Source of the DNA: a virus
Lineage: Duplodnaviria; Caudoviricetes
Virus record (IMG/VR): IMGVR_UViG_3300020045_006659
Coordinates: 1-61,930 of that record
Strand: one strand, 5' to 3'
Length of the DNA stretch: 61,930 bases
The notes under the pieces were generated by a model, which did not search any database, was not told the origin of the DNA, and saw nothing but the letters and a program-made list of their open reading frames with translations. A program made the position numbers and the translations under genes. Positions 1 through 8,629 of this stretch are shown piece after piece; the stretch's first letter is position 1; every line of letters starts with the position of its first letter.

Positions 1-673
1 GGGGGGTGGACTGACAGGGGAGTCGACCGGGCGTAGCGGTGGGGTGGCGATGCGTGGTACGGTGCGCGTGGGGCGTTGGGGTGGGGTGGGTGGGCGAGGT
101 CGGGCGCGGGGTGGGGGTGGGGGCTGGGGCGGGGTCGCGGTCGTGGTCGGGGTCGTACATAAAAGGAGAACTATGGCAACACGAATGAGCAGCAAGACAG
201 CAAGGCCGAAGACGTTGAACCGGGGCGCTGCGGATGAGCGCGAGATCGTCAAGGATTGGGCGAGGCGCTACGCCGTACGGTATCGCGGGGATCTGTCGGT
301 ACAGATCGTGCTTGGGGATTTGCTGACGTTCCTTGCCACGCGGACGGAGCGTAACAGCAAGCGCAAGGGCGGGATGGGGCGGAAGTAGAGCGTTACACGG
401 GAGGAGTATATGGAATCCGAGAGATTATGTGATGTACCAGCGCAGCCAACATTGCGTTGCCCTAAATGTAAACAGCCACTCCCGAAGGCTGGGGATGTTG
501 TTTTTACGAAAGGCAAAAAAGTAATGCTGCGTATCGACCGCCTAGTTTGTGAGCCGTGCGCACTAAAGGCAGCTCCACCCGTTGCTCCCGTAGCGCGAAG
601 ACGCAAGGGGGAGCACAGCAAGGATCAGGAAACATTCCTTGGTCCAGATTGCCCGGTAATTCGGCTATGACCC
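1..673. repeat. Left copy of 673-bp terminal inverted repeat
   Basis: Reverse complement of 61258..61930. One mismatch noticed (129 G vs T). Identity ends at ...ctatgaccc. Confidence 0.97.
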
Positions 674-702
674 CGACCTATATTTTTGCTTCAGCCCGCG
701 CG

Positions 703-969
703 TCATTTTGCTAACCCAAAGGATTCGATGGAACCAGTCTGGACGTACCACGCATCGCCGGGTAACCGTTGCGCATCTTTGAATCCCTTGTCAGCGAAGC
801 TGCCAGTCTCGTAAACGATGTGCGCTTCGGTCAGTTGCACACACGAGTCATTAACGCCGGAAAGCGTACCTGCATAGATGTAGTTCATGCAGAACAACAT
901 CACCTTTTCTCCGAGCAGGGCTACTAGGCCCTCCCCCTGAACTTCAGTTACATTGACGATCTTTTTCAT
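703..969 (-). CDS. Small Sm/Hfq-like beta-barrel phage protein (DUF6948-like)
   Basis: RBS aaggag before ATG 969. Pattern GEKVMLFC.NYIYAGTL.GV....V.L..A.IVY is typical of this family. Confidence 0.5.
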   Translation of the reverse strand: MKKIVNVTEVQGEGLVALLGEKVMLFCMNYIYAGTLSGVNDSCVQLTEAHIVYETGSFADKGFKDAQRLPGDAWYVQTGSIESFGLAK

Positions 970-998
970 AAGTTCTCCTTTGTCAAAAATGGGGCCGC

Positions 999-1307
999 TC
1001 AGCGGGTGAAGTCGCTGCTCGTGCGCGGCCCCGAAACTAACTCCGTCTTGCGATAGCATGTCAGCGGGAATTCCCCATAACCAGCGCATACGCAGCCCTC
1101 GCAGCATGGCTTACTGGCCTCATGCCCTTTCAGTAGCCCGAAATATACCGCCGCAGCTTGTAAGTCACCGCCATCAACATCTCCATCGGGCCATGACTCC
1201 AGTATCCGGTTAGCGAATCCGCGAAGCGCCGCGCATTTGACACGTTCCGCCTCCAGCTTACGCTGCAACTCCAGCACGGTCGTCGCTAGTGAATCCGCCG
1301 CGCTCAT
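999..1307 (-). CDS. Hypothetical phage protein with Cys cluster
   Basis: ORF in a coupled operon; DGGDLQ..A...GLL and PCCEGCVC motifs. Confidence 0.6.
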   Translation of the reverse strand: MSAADSLATTVLELQRKLEAERVKCAALRGFANRILESWPDGDVDGGDLQAAAVYFGLLKGHEASKPCCEGCVCAGYGEFPLTCYRKTELVSGPRTSSDFTR

Positions 1308-1474
1308 TCCGCTGGCCTCAGATCGCGCAGCAGGGCATCTAGCTTGACTATGGTAGCGTTCCAGATAACGTCATCAAGTGACGTGAATCCATGCACTTTC
1401 AGGCACCGCTGCCAGTCGCCAGCAGCCATGTTGTCCTGGTGATGATGCAATTCCTCGGACACTGTTCTAAACAT
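1304..1474 (-). CDS. Hypothetical protein (56 aa)
   Basis: Read by hand as MFRTVSEELHH...; overlaps both neighbours. Confidence 0.5.
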   Translation of the reverse strand: MFRTVSEELHHHQDNMAAGDWQRCLKVHGFTSLDDVIWNATIVKLDALLRDLRPAE

Positions 1475-2180
1475 CGGCGCTCCTGGTGGCCGCGATGATG
1501 GCCTCTACGTCCGCATCGCTGATAAAGTCGGCGCTGTGGCCTGCTTCCTCGCGCTCCGGTATCACGAACGGACCGAACTTCGCGTCCAGTTCGGCGCGTT
1601 TCTCAATCATGATAGATCGAAAGTTAGTCAGCACGCCTTTCAAGTCTCCTATAAATTCCTCGTTTCTGTACGTCCGAATCGGCGGTATCAGCAAGCGCGG
1701 ATGGTAGTTGAACACGTCCCACCACTCGCGTTCGGAGATCAGCAGGCACCCCTGAATCTGCGCCATGGCTTCCTCTGCGGCGGTTCCGGTAAGCGCCTGC
1801 TCTATCTGCGTGTGAATCAGCCGGCACTTGATCTCTAGGCCGCCATCGGTCCCAATGAGCCGATCCGGGGAACATCCCATCGTCCGGTTATCGTCCGTGA
1901 TGAATCCGCCAGGTAGCGTTTCGGTGTCGGTCAGTGATTCGTAGGTGGCAATGGCCTTGTCTTCAAGTTCGACGCCTCGCGTCATCCAATCGGTTTCGGC
2001 GTTCTCTACGCGCTCCCCGGTTATCTGTTCGGCCAGCAGGCGGTAAAGGACGTAGGCGTGTGAAGCCGATAGCTTCCGCGTCTTGGGAGTCAACAACTTA
2101 TGGAACTCGCTGGCCGTCGGTATGCCCAAGCGTAGCGTGTACCATTCCTCGGAGCGCTGTGGGATCGGATGGTAGATCAT
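1467..2180 (-). CDS. YqaJ/lambda-exonuclease family recombination nuclease
   Basis: QRSEEW...R.G.PTASE, RG.ELE..A, GCSPD.L, LEIKC and Q.QG.L motifs. Confidence 0.92.
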   Translation of the reverse strand: MIYHPIPQRSEEWYTLRLGIPTASEFHKLLTPKTRKLSASHAYVLYRLLAEQITGERVENAETDWMTRGVELEDKAIATYESLTDTETLPGGFITDDNRTMGCSPDRLIGTDGGLEIKCRLIHTQIEQALTGTAAEEAMAQIQGCLLISEREWWDVFNYHPRLLIPPIRTYRNEEFIGDLKGVLTNFRSIMIEKRAELDAKFGPFVIPEREEAGHSADFISDADVEAIIAATRSADV

Positions 2181-2935
2181 TTCCCCTTGCTCCCTAATCC
2201 TCGGCGCTTGGCGTTGAGCAGATTCATAGCTGGCGCGAAGTTAGCGCGGTACAGTTCCCGCACCGACTTTGCCTCGAACGTGGCAAGGAACTTAGTGCGT
2301 CCATCGTCGCCCATGCTGCACTCCGCGAACATATCTTCAATCTCCATGGCCTGCTTCTCGCTGATGTAATCGCTGGCCCGCGCCCCGTCTTTGTCCTCAT
2401 CGACAAAGCGTAGATTTAGCATCAGCTTGGCGACGTACCGCATCCCATAGCTGGTGGAGCTTCCCACGGATTGCAAAGCGTTCATCGTAGTCGATCCGCT
2501 GCGCGTTGGCGTCACGTCTGGCGGTAGGTAGATGACGCCTTGCCGGGAGTGTCCCGCGACATGGGAAAGCAGCCCAAACGTTGGGATCTCGCCCTTGGCA
2601 TTGGCCTCTCCAGATGAATACGTGAGCGTGAAGCCCTCGGCCTCTAGGATCGGGTCGATGATCTTCTGAATGTCATCGAACGGCGCGTACTTCGCGTTGT
2701 GTCCCTTGGCAGTCTTCTTGAATGCCGGGAAGCGGAGCCGCGAGAAAGCTGCCGTAAACTGCTGCTCGGCCTGCCATTTAGTGATGCGCTCCATCCCGTC
2801 AAGCAGAGCCTTGAGGTTCTCCGCTCCCGCCGTGGGATTCGCGGTAATGACCTTCATCAACTGTGCGGCCATGTCCGGGCGCTCCATTGGCATAACGCCG
2901 TGCTCATCTTCCCGTAGTGCTGGTAGCGTGCTCAT
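2177..2935 (-). CDS. erf: ERF-family single-strand annealing protein
   Basis: KYAPFDDI, LLSH..GH, QSVGSSTSYGMRY and ED.DG motifs; adjacent to the exonuclease. Confidence 0.9.
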   Translation of the reverse strand: MSTLPALREDEHGVMPMERPDMAAQLMKVITANPTAGAENLKALLDGMERITKWQAEQQFTAAFSRLRFPAFKKTAKGHNAKYAPFDDIQKIIDPILEAEGFTLTYSSGEANAKGEIPTFGLLSHVAGHSRQGVIYLPPDVTPTRSGSTTMNALQSVGSSTSYGMRYVAKLMLNLRFVDEDKDGARASDYISEKQAMEIEDMFAECSMGDDGRTKFLATFEAKSVRELYRANFAPAMNLLNAKRRGLGSKGK

Positions 2936-3168
2936 TTCCCCATCTCCCTGTCCTTGCGCGCGTCCAGTCGCGCGTCAATGTCGCACCGAAGGGAACACGA
3001 ACAATCCTCGTCGCCCCAATAGGCGCAATCGCTGGCATGGCCCGGCAGATCGCGCGGCGGGATCTCCATCAGCGGCTCATCCATCAGGCTGCGCTCGTAG
3101 GCTTCGTCCGCGTCCCACTCCGGCGCTGGCGTCTCGATTGGTTCGGAAATGCCGTTACTGAATCCCAT
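2932..3168 (-). CDS. Hypothetical acidic protein with HASDC...CxC motif
   Basis: RBS aggag before ATG 3168; overlaps erf start. Confidence 0.55.
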   Translation of the reverse strand: MGFSNGISEPIETPAPEWDADEAYERSLMDEPLMEIPPRDLPGHASDCAYWGDEDCSCSLRCDIDARLDARKDREMGK

Positions 3169-3584
3169 TATGTGATCTCCTGTTCGTTCCGTGCGTCCGA
3201 TACTGGCCACACGCACAATCCAGCGATAGCCTTTCTTGCGATCTCTCCAGCATAGAAAGACCCTGACTGAATTCCGGCACTGTAGTAATCGCCATTGTTT
3301 TGGCAACCCCAATGAGAACCATCGTTATCAGTCAACCCTTCGTCGGATATTTTGCGTAGGGCGGCCAAAAGAACTAGGATATATTCAACCTGGGATCGCT
3401 GTAGCCCAGGAGGCAAGAGTTTGAAATCTTCCTCCAGTTTGGCTTGGAATTTATCGAGATCCACTAAGCCAAGGACTCCACAATCACAAGGGCCAACTGG
3501 TAATGCCGGGAGATTGTGCAAAGAGCAATCCGAGGCATGCCCAAAGTAAGGCGGCTTCACATCTGACGACATCTTTCGCTTCAT
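3168..3584 (-). CDS. Hypothetical protein with HASDC...CDC motif
   Basis: ORF coupled to neighbours. Confidence 0.6.
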   Translation of the reverse strand: MKRKMSSDVKPPYFGHASDCSLHNLPALPVGPCDCGVLGLVDLDKFQAKLEEDFKLLPPGLQRSQVEYILVLLAALRKISDEGLTDNDGSHWGCQNNGDYYSAGIQSGSFYAGEIARKAIAGLCVWPVSDARNEQEIT

Positions 3585-3754
3585 ACCTTCTCCCTTTGTG
3601 CTTTGTACTCGTTGTGCCGAATCACTTGCCAGTCATCCGCATCAGCCGATGCGTTCAGCCAGTCCGCGATCTGGCGTTTGAGGCACGGTTGCAGCCACAC
3701 GATGACGATGGCGCACAGCTCACCGACCACGATTAAGGCCAACGCGCCGTTCAT
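3581..3754 (-). CDS. Small membrane protein
   Basis: Hydrophobic N-terminus MNGALALIVVGELCAIVIVWL. Confidence 0.5.
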   Translation of the reverse strand: MNGALALIVVGELCAIVIVWLQPCLKRQIADWLNASADADDWQVIRHNEYKAQREKV

Positions 3755-3887
3755 ACTTCTCGTTCCCTTTGCCCCTGCTCCCAGGCCTTGTTCATCTGGC
3801 GGATGCGGTAAATCCAGACCGCCCACCAGATCGGCAGCGCGACCACGATGGCAACGACGGCGTAGAGCATGATGTCGAGCACGAGGG

Positions 3888-4217
3888 TCATTCTACCTCC
3901 GTCATGCGAATGTAGCCTAACCACTGAAAGGTAGCGTCACTATCTATTTCGGCAATCGGAATGGATACTTTTATTTTCCAGCCAGACTTCGTTCGCGTTA
4001 CCACATTCGTGCACCCCGGACTTCTGAAAAAGCCTCCTCTGGGATAGGCCCATACATGATGCTCGTAACTGCCAGCACCACCAATGCAAGCCGATTCGCC
4101 GATCCGAATGGTTTTTGGGTCAACCTGAACTATATTGCTTTTGAAAATCTGATTTCCTTTTATGCGGTCATCGGCCATTGCCGCAAACGCCAATGCCAGC
4201 CCCAATGCAACCCTCAT
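3888..4217 (-). CDS. Hypothetical exported protein
   Basis: Signal-like N-terminus MRVALGLALAFAAMA; ATGA overlap with the upstream gene. Confidence 0.55.
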   Translation of the reverse strand: MRVALGLALAFAAMADDRIKGNQIFKSNIVQVDPKTIRIGESACIGGAGSYEHHVWAYPRGGFFRSPGCTNVVTRTKSGWKIKVSIPIAEIDSDATFQWLGYIRMTEVE

Positions 4218-4414
4218 GCTTCCACCTCCTCGGCGCGGAATACTTCGGCGGCTTGTCCAATTGCGCTGTGACACAGCTTGATGGCGCGCTCCAAATTGAA
4301 CTTGATGCTATAGGCCGTGGCATCTCCATCACACATTACGTCTTGGCATTCCTCAGCCCGCGACTTGATCTGCTCTAGCGTGTCCATCAGTGCTTGGTAG
4401 CGTTCCGTGTCCAT
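4214..4414 (-). CDS. Hypothetical protein, first gene of the leftward operon
   Basis: ORF directly downstream of a leftward promoter. Confidence 0.6.
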   Translation of the reverse strand: MDTERYQALMDTLEQIKSRAEECQDVMCDGDATAYSIKFNLERAIKLCHSAIGQAAEVFRAEEVEA

Positions 4415-4419
4415 GGCCT

Positions 4420-4470
4420 ACAATAGCACATCTTTTGCTATTTGCAAATTGTTTTTTTCTGTGCTAGAGT
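4420..4470. promoter_or_regulatory. Divergent sigma70 promoters sharing one palindromic -35 (TTGCAA), with an inverted-repeat operator
   Basis: Plus strand: TTGCAA-17-TAGAGT. Minus strand: TTGCAA-16-TATTGT. Inverted repeat AATAGCA-N7-TGCTATT at 4422..4442. Confidence 0.6.
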
Positions 4471-4477
4471 AAAAAAT

Positions 4478-4651
4478 ATGGCACCCACTAAAAAGCCTCT
4501 CTTTGAGGATGAACCGAAGCGCCTCACGTTCTGGATTGTGGAATCCGTGGCAAAGCAGCTCAAAAGAAACGCTAAGGCCAAGCGCCAGAAGTTCCCCGTA
4601 TATTTGGCGAACTTGGTGCAAATCGGGATGCGGGCAGAGAGGGGTAAATGA
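4478..4651 (+). CDS. Ribbon-helix-helix (Arc/CopG-like) regulator
   Basis: KRLTFWI strand followed by two helices, 57 aa, divergent from the recombination operon. Confidence 0.6.
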   Translation: MAPTKKPLFEDEPKRLTFWIVESVAKQLKRNAKAKRQKFPVYLANLVQIGMRAERGK

Positions 4652-4654
4652 GTA

Positions 4655-5386
4655 ATGGAGGGCAGCATGGTAGAGGGAAATTTCATTGGGCCACGTGTAT
4701 TGATAGTTGTAGTTCTGATCTTGGGCTGCTTAGGTTTGGCTTATGCTTGGCGTAAACCCTCATTACAGCCGTCCGCGTTACGGACTTCAGCGGAGAGCGT
4801 TGCTGGTGATTTTCGATGGTGGTTCGGTGCCATCGCTGCAATTTGGTTATACACAATCGGCATGAATGCATTGACGGAGATCCGCCGCAATAACGAAATC
4901 GTGGCATTGCGGAATGATGTTCAATCAATTGCCAATGTAATAGATCGAGGTGTTATGCCTCGGCACCTTACTAAAGGGCAGCAATCTCAAATCAGTAGTT
5001 TTTTGTTGCGCTTTCCGCCACAGAAAGTGAGGTTCAACCTCGTTCGCGGAGAAGAAGCAGGCAGTTACCGCTCAGATATTCAGCAGGCACTTGAAAAAGG
5101 CGGGTGGAGCGTTGCGAAGATTGATTATATTGATTCGGCGACTCCATACGAGGGGCTGAGAATTGATTTTACGCAGACGATGGATCATTCTCAACAACAA
5201 GAAGATCCAAGGAATCCAAAGCCAGATCGCGTGCTATTGATGGCTCTCGGTTTGGCTGGAGTCAGGCTTAATAGTAGCGGAGGGGGGAGTGGAATCAATG
5301 TTACTGAAGATTCTCTCGTGATAACGATTGGGCCTCCCCGCAGGGATTCATACCAACTTACTCCGCCACCTGGATTGCCTTTTTGA
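4655..5386 (+). CDS. Membrane-anchored hypothetical protein (probable IS passenger)
   Basis: Two N-terminal TM segments, lower GC, converges on the IS1595 remnant. Confidence 0.65.
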   Translation: MEGSMVEGNFIGPRVLIVVVLILGCLGLAYAWRKPSLQPSALRTSAESVAGDFRWWFGAIAAIWLYTIGMNALTEIRRNNEIVALRNDVQSIANVIDRGVMPRHLTKGQQSQISSFLLRFPPQKVRFNLVRGEEAGSYRSDIQQALEKGGWSVAKIDYIDSATPYEGLRIDFTQTMDHSQQQEDPRNPKPDRVLLMALGLAGVRLNSSGGGSGINVTEDSLVITIGPPRRDSYQLTPPPGLPF

Positions 5387-5585
5387 CATTTCTCATTGGA
5401 GGCACAGTGACCACTTGTTTAAGCAGTTTCTCGAACCGCCGATACTCAGGCGGTTTTCTGCCCTTGAGTTTTCTTTTTTCCTCGGCCTTGTCGTTTGGTT
5501 TTGACATCCGAGCTACCCCCTCACCTGATTGTAGGTTAGGCGCTTTCCAGCTACGCATCCGAGCACTTTGGCGAACCGTTGAGCA
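5358..5585 (-). mobile_element. IS1595-family remnant: transposase C-terminus plus small downstream ORF
   Basis: Frame reads AQRFAKVLGCVAGKRLTYNQVRG*, the typical GKRLTY end, followed by MSKPND...RFEKLLKQVVTVP. Confidence 0.65.
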
Positions 5586-5696
5586 TAGCGTATTATACTG
5601 CTGGAATTTCTCCGCCCCCGTATGGTCACTCTTGCCGGTGGTGTGGTAACTGCGTACAGCGGGCCAAGGGTGAAGCCCGTGCCGCTCTGCGTCCCG

Positions 5697-6203
5697 CTAC
5701 TTCACCCGAAAGCGAACAGAGCTAGTCGCCTGATTGCCCGCCGCGTCGAATGCCTGCGCCGAGAGCATGTGCCATGCGGTCAGCCGACCAAACTGGTAGG
5801 GCAGGCTCCACGGCGCCGCTGTGACCGTCCCGATGGGCGTCCCGTCGAGACTCCAGACCACCCGCACCACAGCGATATTGTCGGCAACGTCAGCGCGGAG
5901 TAGGGCCGTCCTACTGATGGTGCCGTTGTTACGCGGAGCCGTGATCTGAACCGTGGGTGATTGAACATCTTGGCAAGAAAATGCCACTGCCTCAGAATCT
6001 TTAACGATGCCCGTTTCCACGATGACAGTTGGGAGCATTACGCAGCCGGGAAAGGCTGCTGTAATACTTCCGCTCCAGACTGGTCCTTGCAATACCATCT
6101 CATAGCGCCCTTGCGCGTTGGTCTGGACCATGCCACCAGGGGCGAAAGTGACCGTGGCATTGGGCAGCGGGACTTGCAGCAGCAGCCCCAAAATCCAAAT
6201 CAT
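5697..6203 (-). CDS. Ig-like (Big) domain protein
   Basis: D..SPTV.ITAP.N....S, ADN..V.RV...LDG, AP and H.L.A.AFDAAGN motifs. Confidence 0.8.
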   Translation of the reverse strand: MIWILGLLLQVPLPNATVTFAPGGMVQTNAQGRYEMVLQGPVWSGSITAAFPGCVMLPTVIVETGIVKDSEAVAFSCQDVQSPTVQITAPRNNGTISRTALLRADVADNIAVVRVVWSLDGTPIGTVTAAPWSLPYQFGRLTAWHMLSAQAFDAAGNQATSSVRFRVK

Positions 6204-7888
6204 CGGAGCACCACCGCGCCGGAAATCTTAACGCTGCCGCTAGTTGTGCCGCCACTATTCCCAGGAGTGCTTGCATACCACCGAAGATTAGTAGCCTTAA
6301 TGCCAGTAATTAAATCTCCGTAAGGCTTAACCGCAGACCCATCGGGAATATCATCCGTCCCGCAGGTATATGCTGCAATTGGAGCACTACAAGTAACTGC
6401 TCCCGAGGCGGGCTCTACTCCGTCGTAGGCGTTGTCGAGTAAATCAACCAAGCCGTAATTTCCGCCCTCGCCTTGATTGTCGTGGAATTCCCACCACTTC
6501 ATCCCAACAATGGGCTTGTTCCCGGTGGCTGTAACTGTCGCAGCCACTTCTAACGCAATATCTGCGTCATAAATTGCTGCTCTGCCCACTTGGGTTGTTG
6601 AGCACCATACGCAGGGAGAAGGATTCGGAACCAGCCCCATGGCTGAATCAGGATTAGATTTCAAAATCTCATAACTCACAATTGGATGATCCCCAAGTGC
6701 ATTTGCTGTGTAATCCAATTGCTGTTGCACCGTGGACGATGACTGCGACTGCTGTAGCTGTACCTGTGTGATATCCATGTATTCGCCCATGGCCTGCAAA
6801 ATTTGGGATCGCGTAACGCCATCTGATCCAAGAGTAGCGGGGCCAAAGACTAACACTCCAGGGGCGTACATCGTCAAAGCAGTTTTGTAAACACTGGCGT
6901 ACTGCACCGACATGGCATACAGATAATCGTTCAAATCTGTTTGCATCGCAGCGGTTTCCCCTGCGAGTGTCGTACCATTCCCGATCCATGAGTTTCTGCC
7001 ATCTTCATCTAAAAACCCTGTTCCAGATCCCCACCCGCCGCCTGTACTGCCAAACGTTGTATAGGTGGAGCCCCAAGCAGTATTTAAAGATCCGATTGTT
7101 CCGTACCGACCAGTAAGAAATGTAACCAGTTGGGATTTTGCATACACCGTAGTATCTGTATAAGTAACACTAAAAGCCGAGTTCGAGGCTTGGGTAGGCG
7201 CGGTAATCAGTGCAATCCACCCTAAGTGCGGGTGAGGAGAAAATGGATTAAGATCCGGCCCGGGACCAAATCCGAATAAATCATCCCGATCATCCGTTGT
7301 AGTGCCTAAATACCAAGCCGAGGAAAACATACCCGTTAGCCCGGTTACGTTGGCCGCGAGATTACCATTAACGTAAGAAGAGAAGGCAGAGTCAAACACG
7401 TCTGGAAAGATGCGACTCCCTGGGTTGTAGTACGTAGGGTTGCAGCCATTGTAGATATTTTTAACTGGACGCACTCCCACCCCGTAGCGGTTCGACATCG
7501 AATCCCGACTCGCATTAATGATCCCCATGGAGGGAATCTTGTTCCATGTTCGGTAATCAGAGTATTCGGAAACAGAGTTGAAATTCCACGCCTTCAGCCG
7601 CGCCGCCTGTGCTGTCCCCCATGTGTCCATGTCTCCGTACTTGGTAATGATTCGCTCGTAGTACGTCTGAGCTGCGCCTGTGTTGCTGAAACTAACGTTA
7701 GTGTGGAACACCCCGAGCATATAGTACGTGTTGCCAAGCGGCGTACACATATGCCAACGTACCCCGGTTTTTTCTGTATAGAAGTGAGTCTGCGCGCCTC
7801 CGGAGCATGGCTGTGTGGTATCGCCACCGTAGGTGTCGAGGCCAAAAGCAAAAGAAGCCAGAAGCGAAAGAAGTGTTAGGATTTTCAT
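6200..7888 (-). CDS. Secreted-type glycoside hydrolase (GH50/beta-agarase-like TIM barrel), possible depolymerase
   Basis: Signal peptide; F.TEK...RW...TP.G, RLKAW.FNS, PDVFD..F and YLG..TDD patterns. Confidence 0.65.
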   Translation of the reverse strand: MKILTLLSLLASFAFGLDTYGGDTTQPCSGGAQTHFYTEKTGVRWHMCTPLGNTYYMLGVFHTNVSFSNTGAAQTYYERIITKYGDMDTWGTAQAARLKAWNFNSVSEYSDYRTWNKIPSMGIINASRDSMSNRYGVGVRPVKNIYNGCNPTYYNPGSRIFPDVFDSAFSSYVNGNLAANVTGLTGMFSSAWYLGTTTDDRDDLFGFGPGPDLNPFSPHPHLGWIALITAPTQASNSAFSVTYTDTTVYAKSQLVTFLTGRYGTIGSLNTAWGSTYTTFGSTGGGWGSGTGFLDEDGRNSWIGNGTTLAGETAAMQTDLNDYLYAMSVQYASVYKTALTMYAPGVLVFGPATLGSDGVTRSQILQAMGEYMDITQVQLQQSQSSSTVQQQLDYTANALGDHPIVSYEILKSNPDSAMGLVPNPSPCVWCSTTQVGRAAIYDADIALEVAATVTATGNKPIVGMKWWEFHDNQGEGGNYGLVDLLDNAYDGVEPASGAVTCSAPIAAYTCGTDDIPDGSAVKPYGDLITGIKATNLRWYASTPGNSGGTTSGSVKISGAVVLR

Positions 7889-8628
7889 TTGAAATTACCC
7901 ACCGTAGCGCCCCAACTGTATGTGCTAGGATCATTGTCAGACATCGCAGCCGTAATGCCTGTTTGAGCACTTCCGAATTGCCGGTCTTCGCACATCATGT
8001 CAGCGTTCCCGGACGCCGCCGAACGGCCCCGTTCCGTGCCAGCAGATCCTCCAATATTGCCAACCGAAAACGGTACTGAACCATCAAGGGTTGAGCAAAA
8101 GATCGTTAGCCCTGCTGCCGAGGTGTTAAAGGATGTGCTTGTAATAGAATTCGCACCAGGACCAGCTGTATCTGTCACTTGAGAATCAAAACTTGCCGCT
8201 GCTCCAGTATGGGAGTAATGCAGCACTGTCATGGACTGAAATGTGGTAGACGAGGTTGGTGTTACCGTGAATGTGATAGATCCAGAACAAGTGCTCAGAA
8301 CGTAAGCCATCTGGAAATAGGCCACCCCAACCCACACCGTTCCGGTCAATTCCGTGAACGTATCGCCACAGCTATTGGAAAACGTTGGGGAGCTTGTAAT
8401 CACGCCACGCCACGCCACGACCGCAAAATCTCCCGCACTCAGAGTTAGCGCTGGACTAGTAATGGATGCAAGAGAGCTAGCATTGACGGCAACATAAGTA
8501 TAGTCAACAAACGTGTAGGTAGAAGCTCCTGAGCTGCCAGTAGAAAACAACATTTGAGTTGTTCCTGACTGGCTAAAGCACAGAGGAGCCAACAGACACA
8601 AAACAAAACTTAACAATACTCGTTTCAT
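7885..8628 (-). CDS. Ser/Thr-rich beta protein with signal peptide (appendage-like)
   Basis: N-terminus MKRVLLSFVLCLLAPLCFSQ; S/T/G-rich beta composition. Confidence 0.6.
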   Translation of the reverse strand: MKRVLLSFVLCLLAPLCFSQSGTTQMLFSTGSSGASTYTFVDYTYVAVNASSLASITSPALTLSAGDFAVVAWRGVITSSPTFSNSCGDTFTELTGTVWVGVAYFQMAYVLSTCSGSITFTVTPTSSTTFQSMTVLHYSHTGAAASFDSQVTDTAGPGANSITSTSFNTSAAGLTIFCSTLDGSVPFSVGNIGGSAGTERGRSAASGNADMMCEDRQFGSAQTGITAAMSDNDPSTYSWGATVGNFK

Positions 8629-8629
8629 C

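Noticed and set aside
1-128. G-quadruplex/telomere-like end and 114-aa Gly-rich ORF (44..388)
   Set aside because: It looks like low-quality G-biased read tail over a TCG-NGG repeat. The RBS supports a start at 173.
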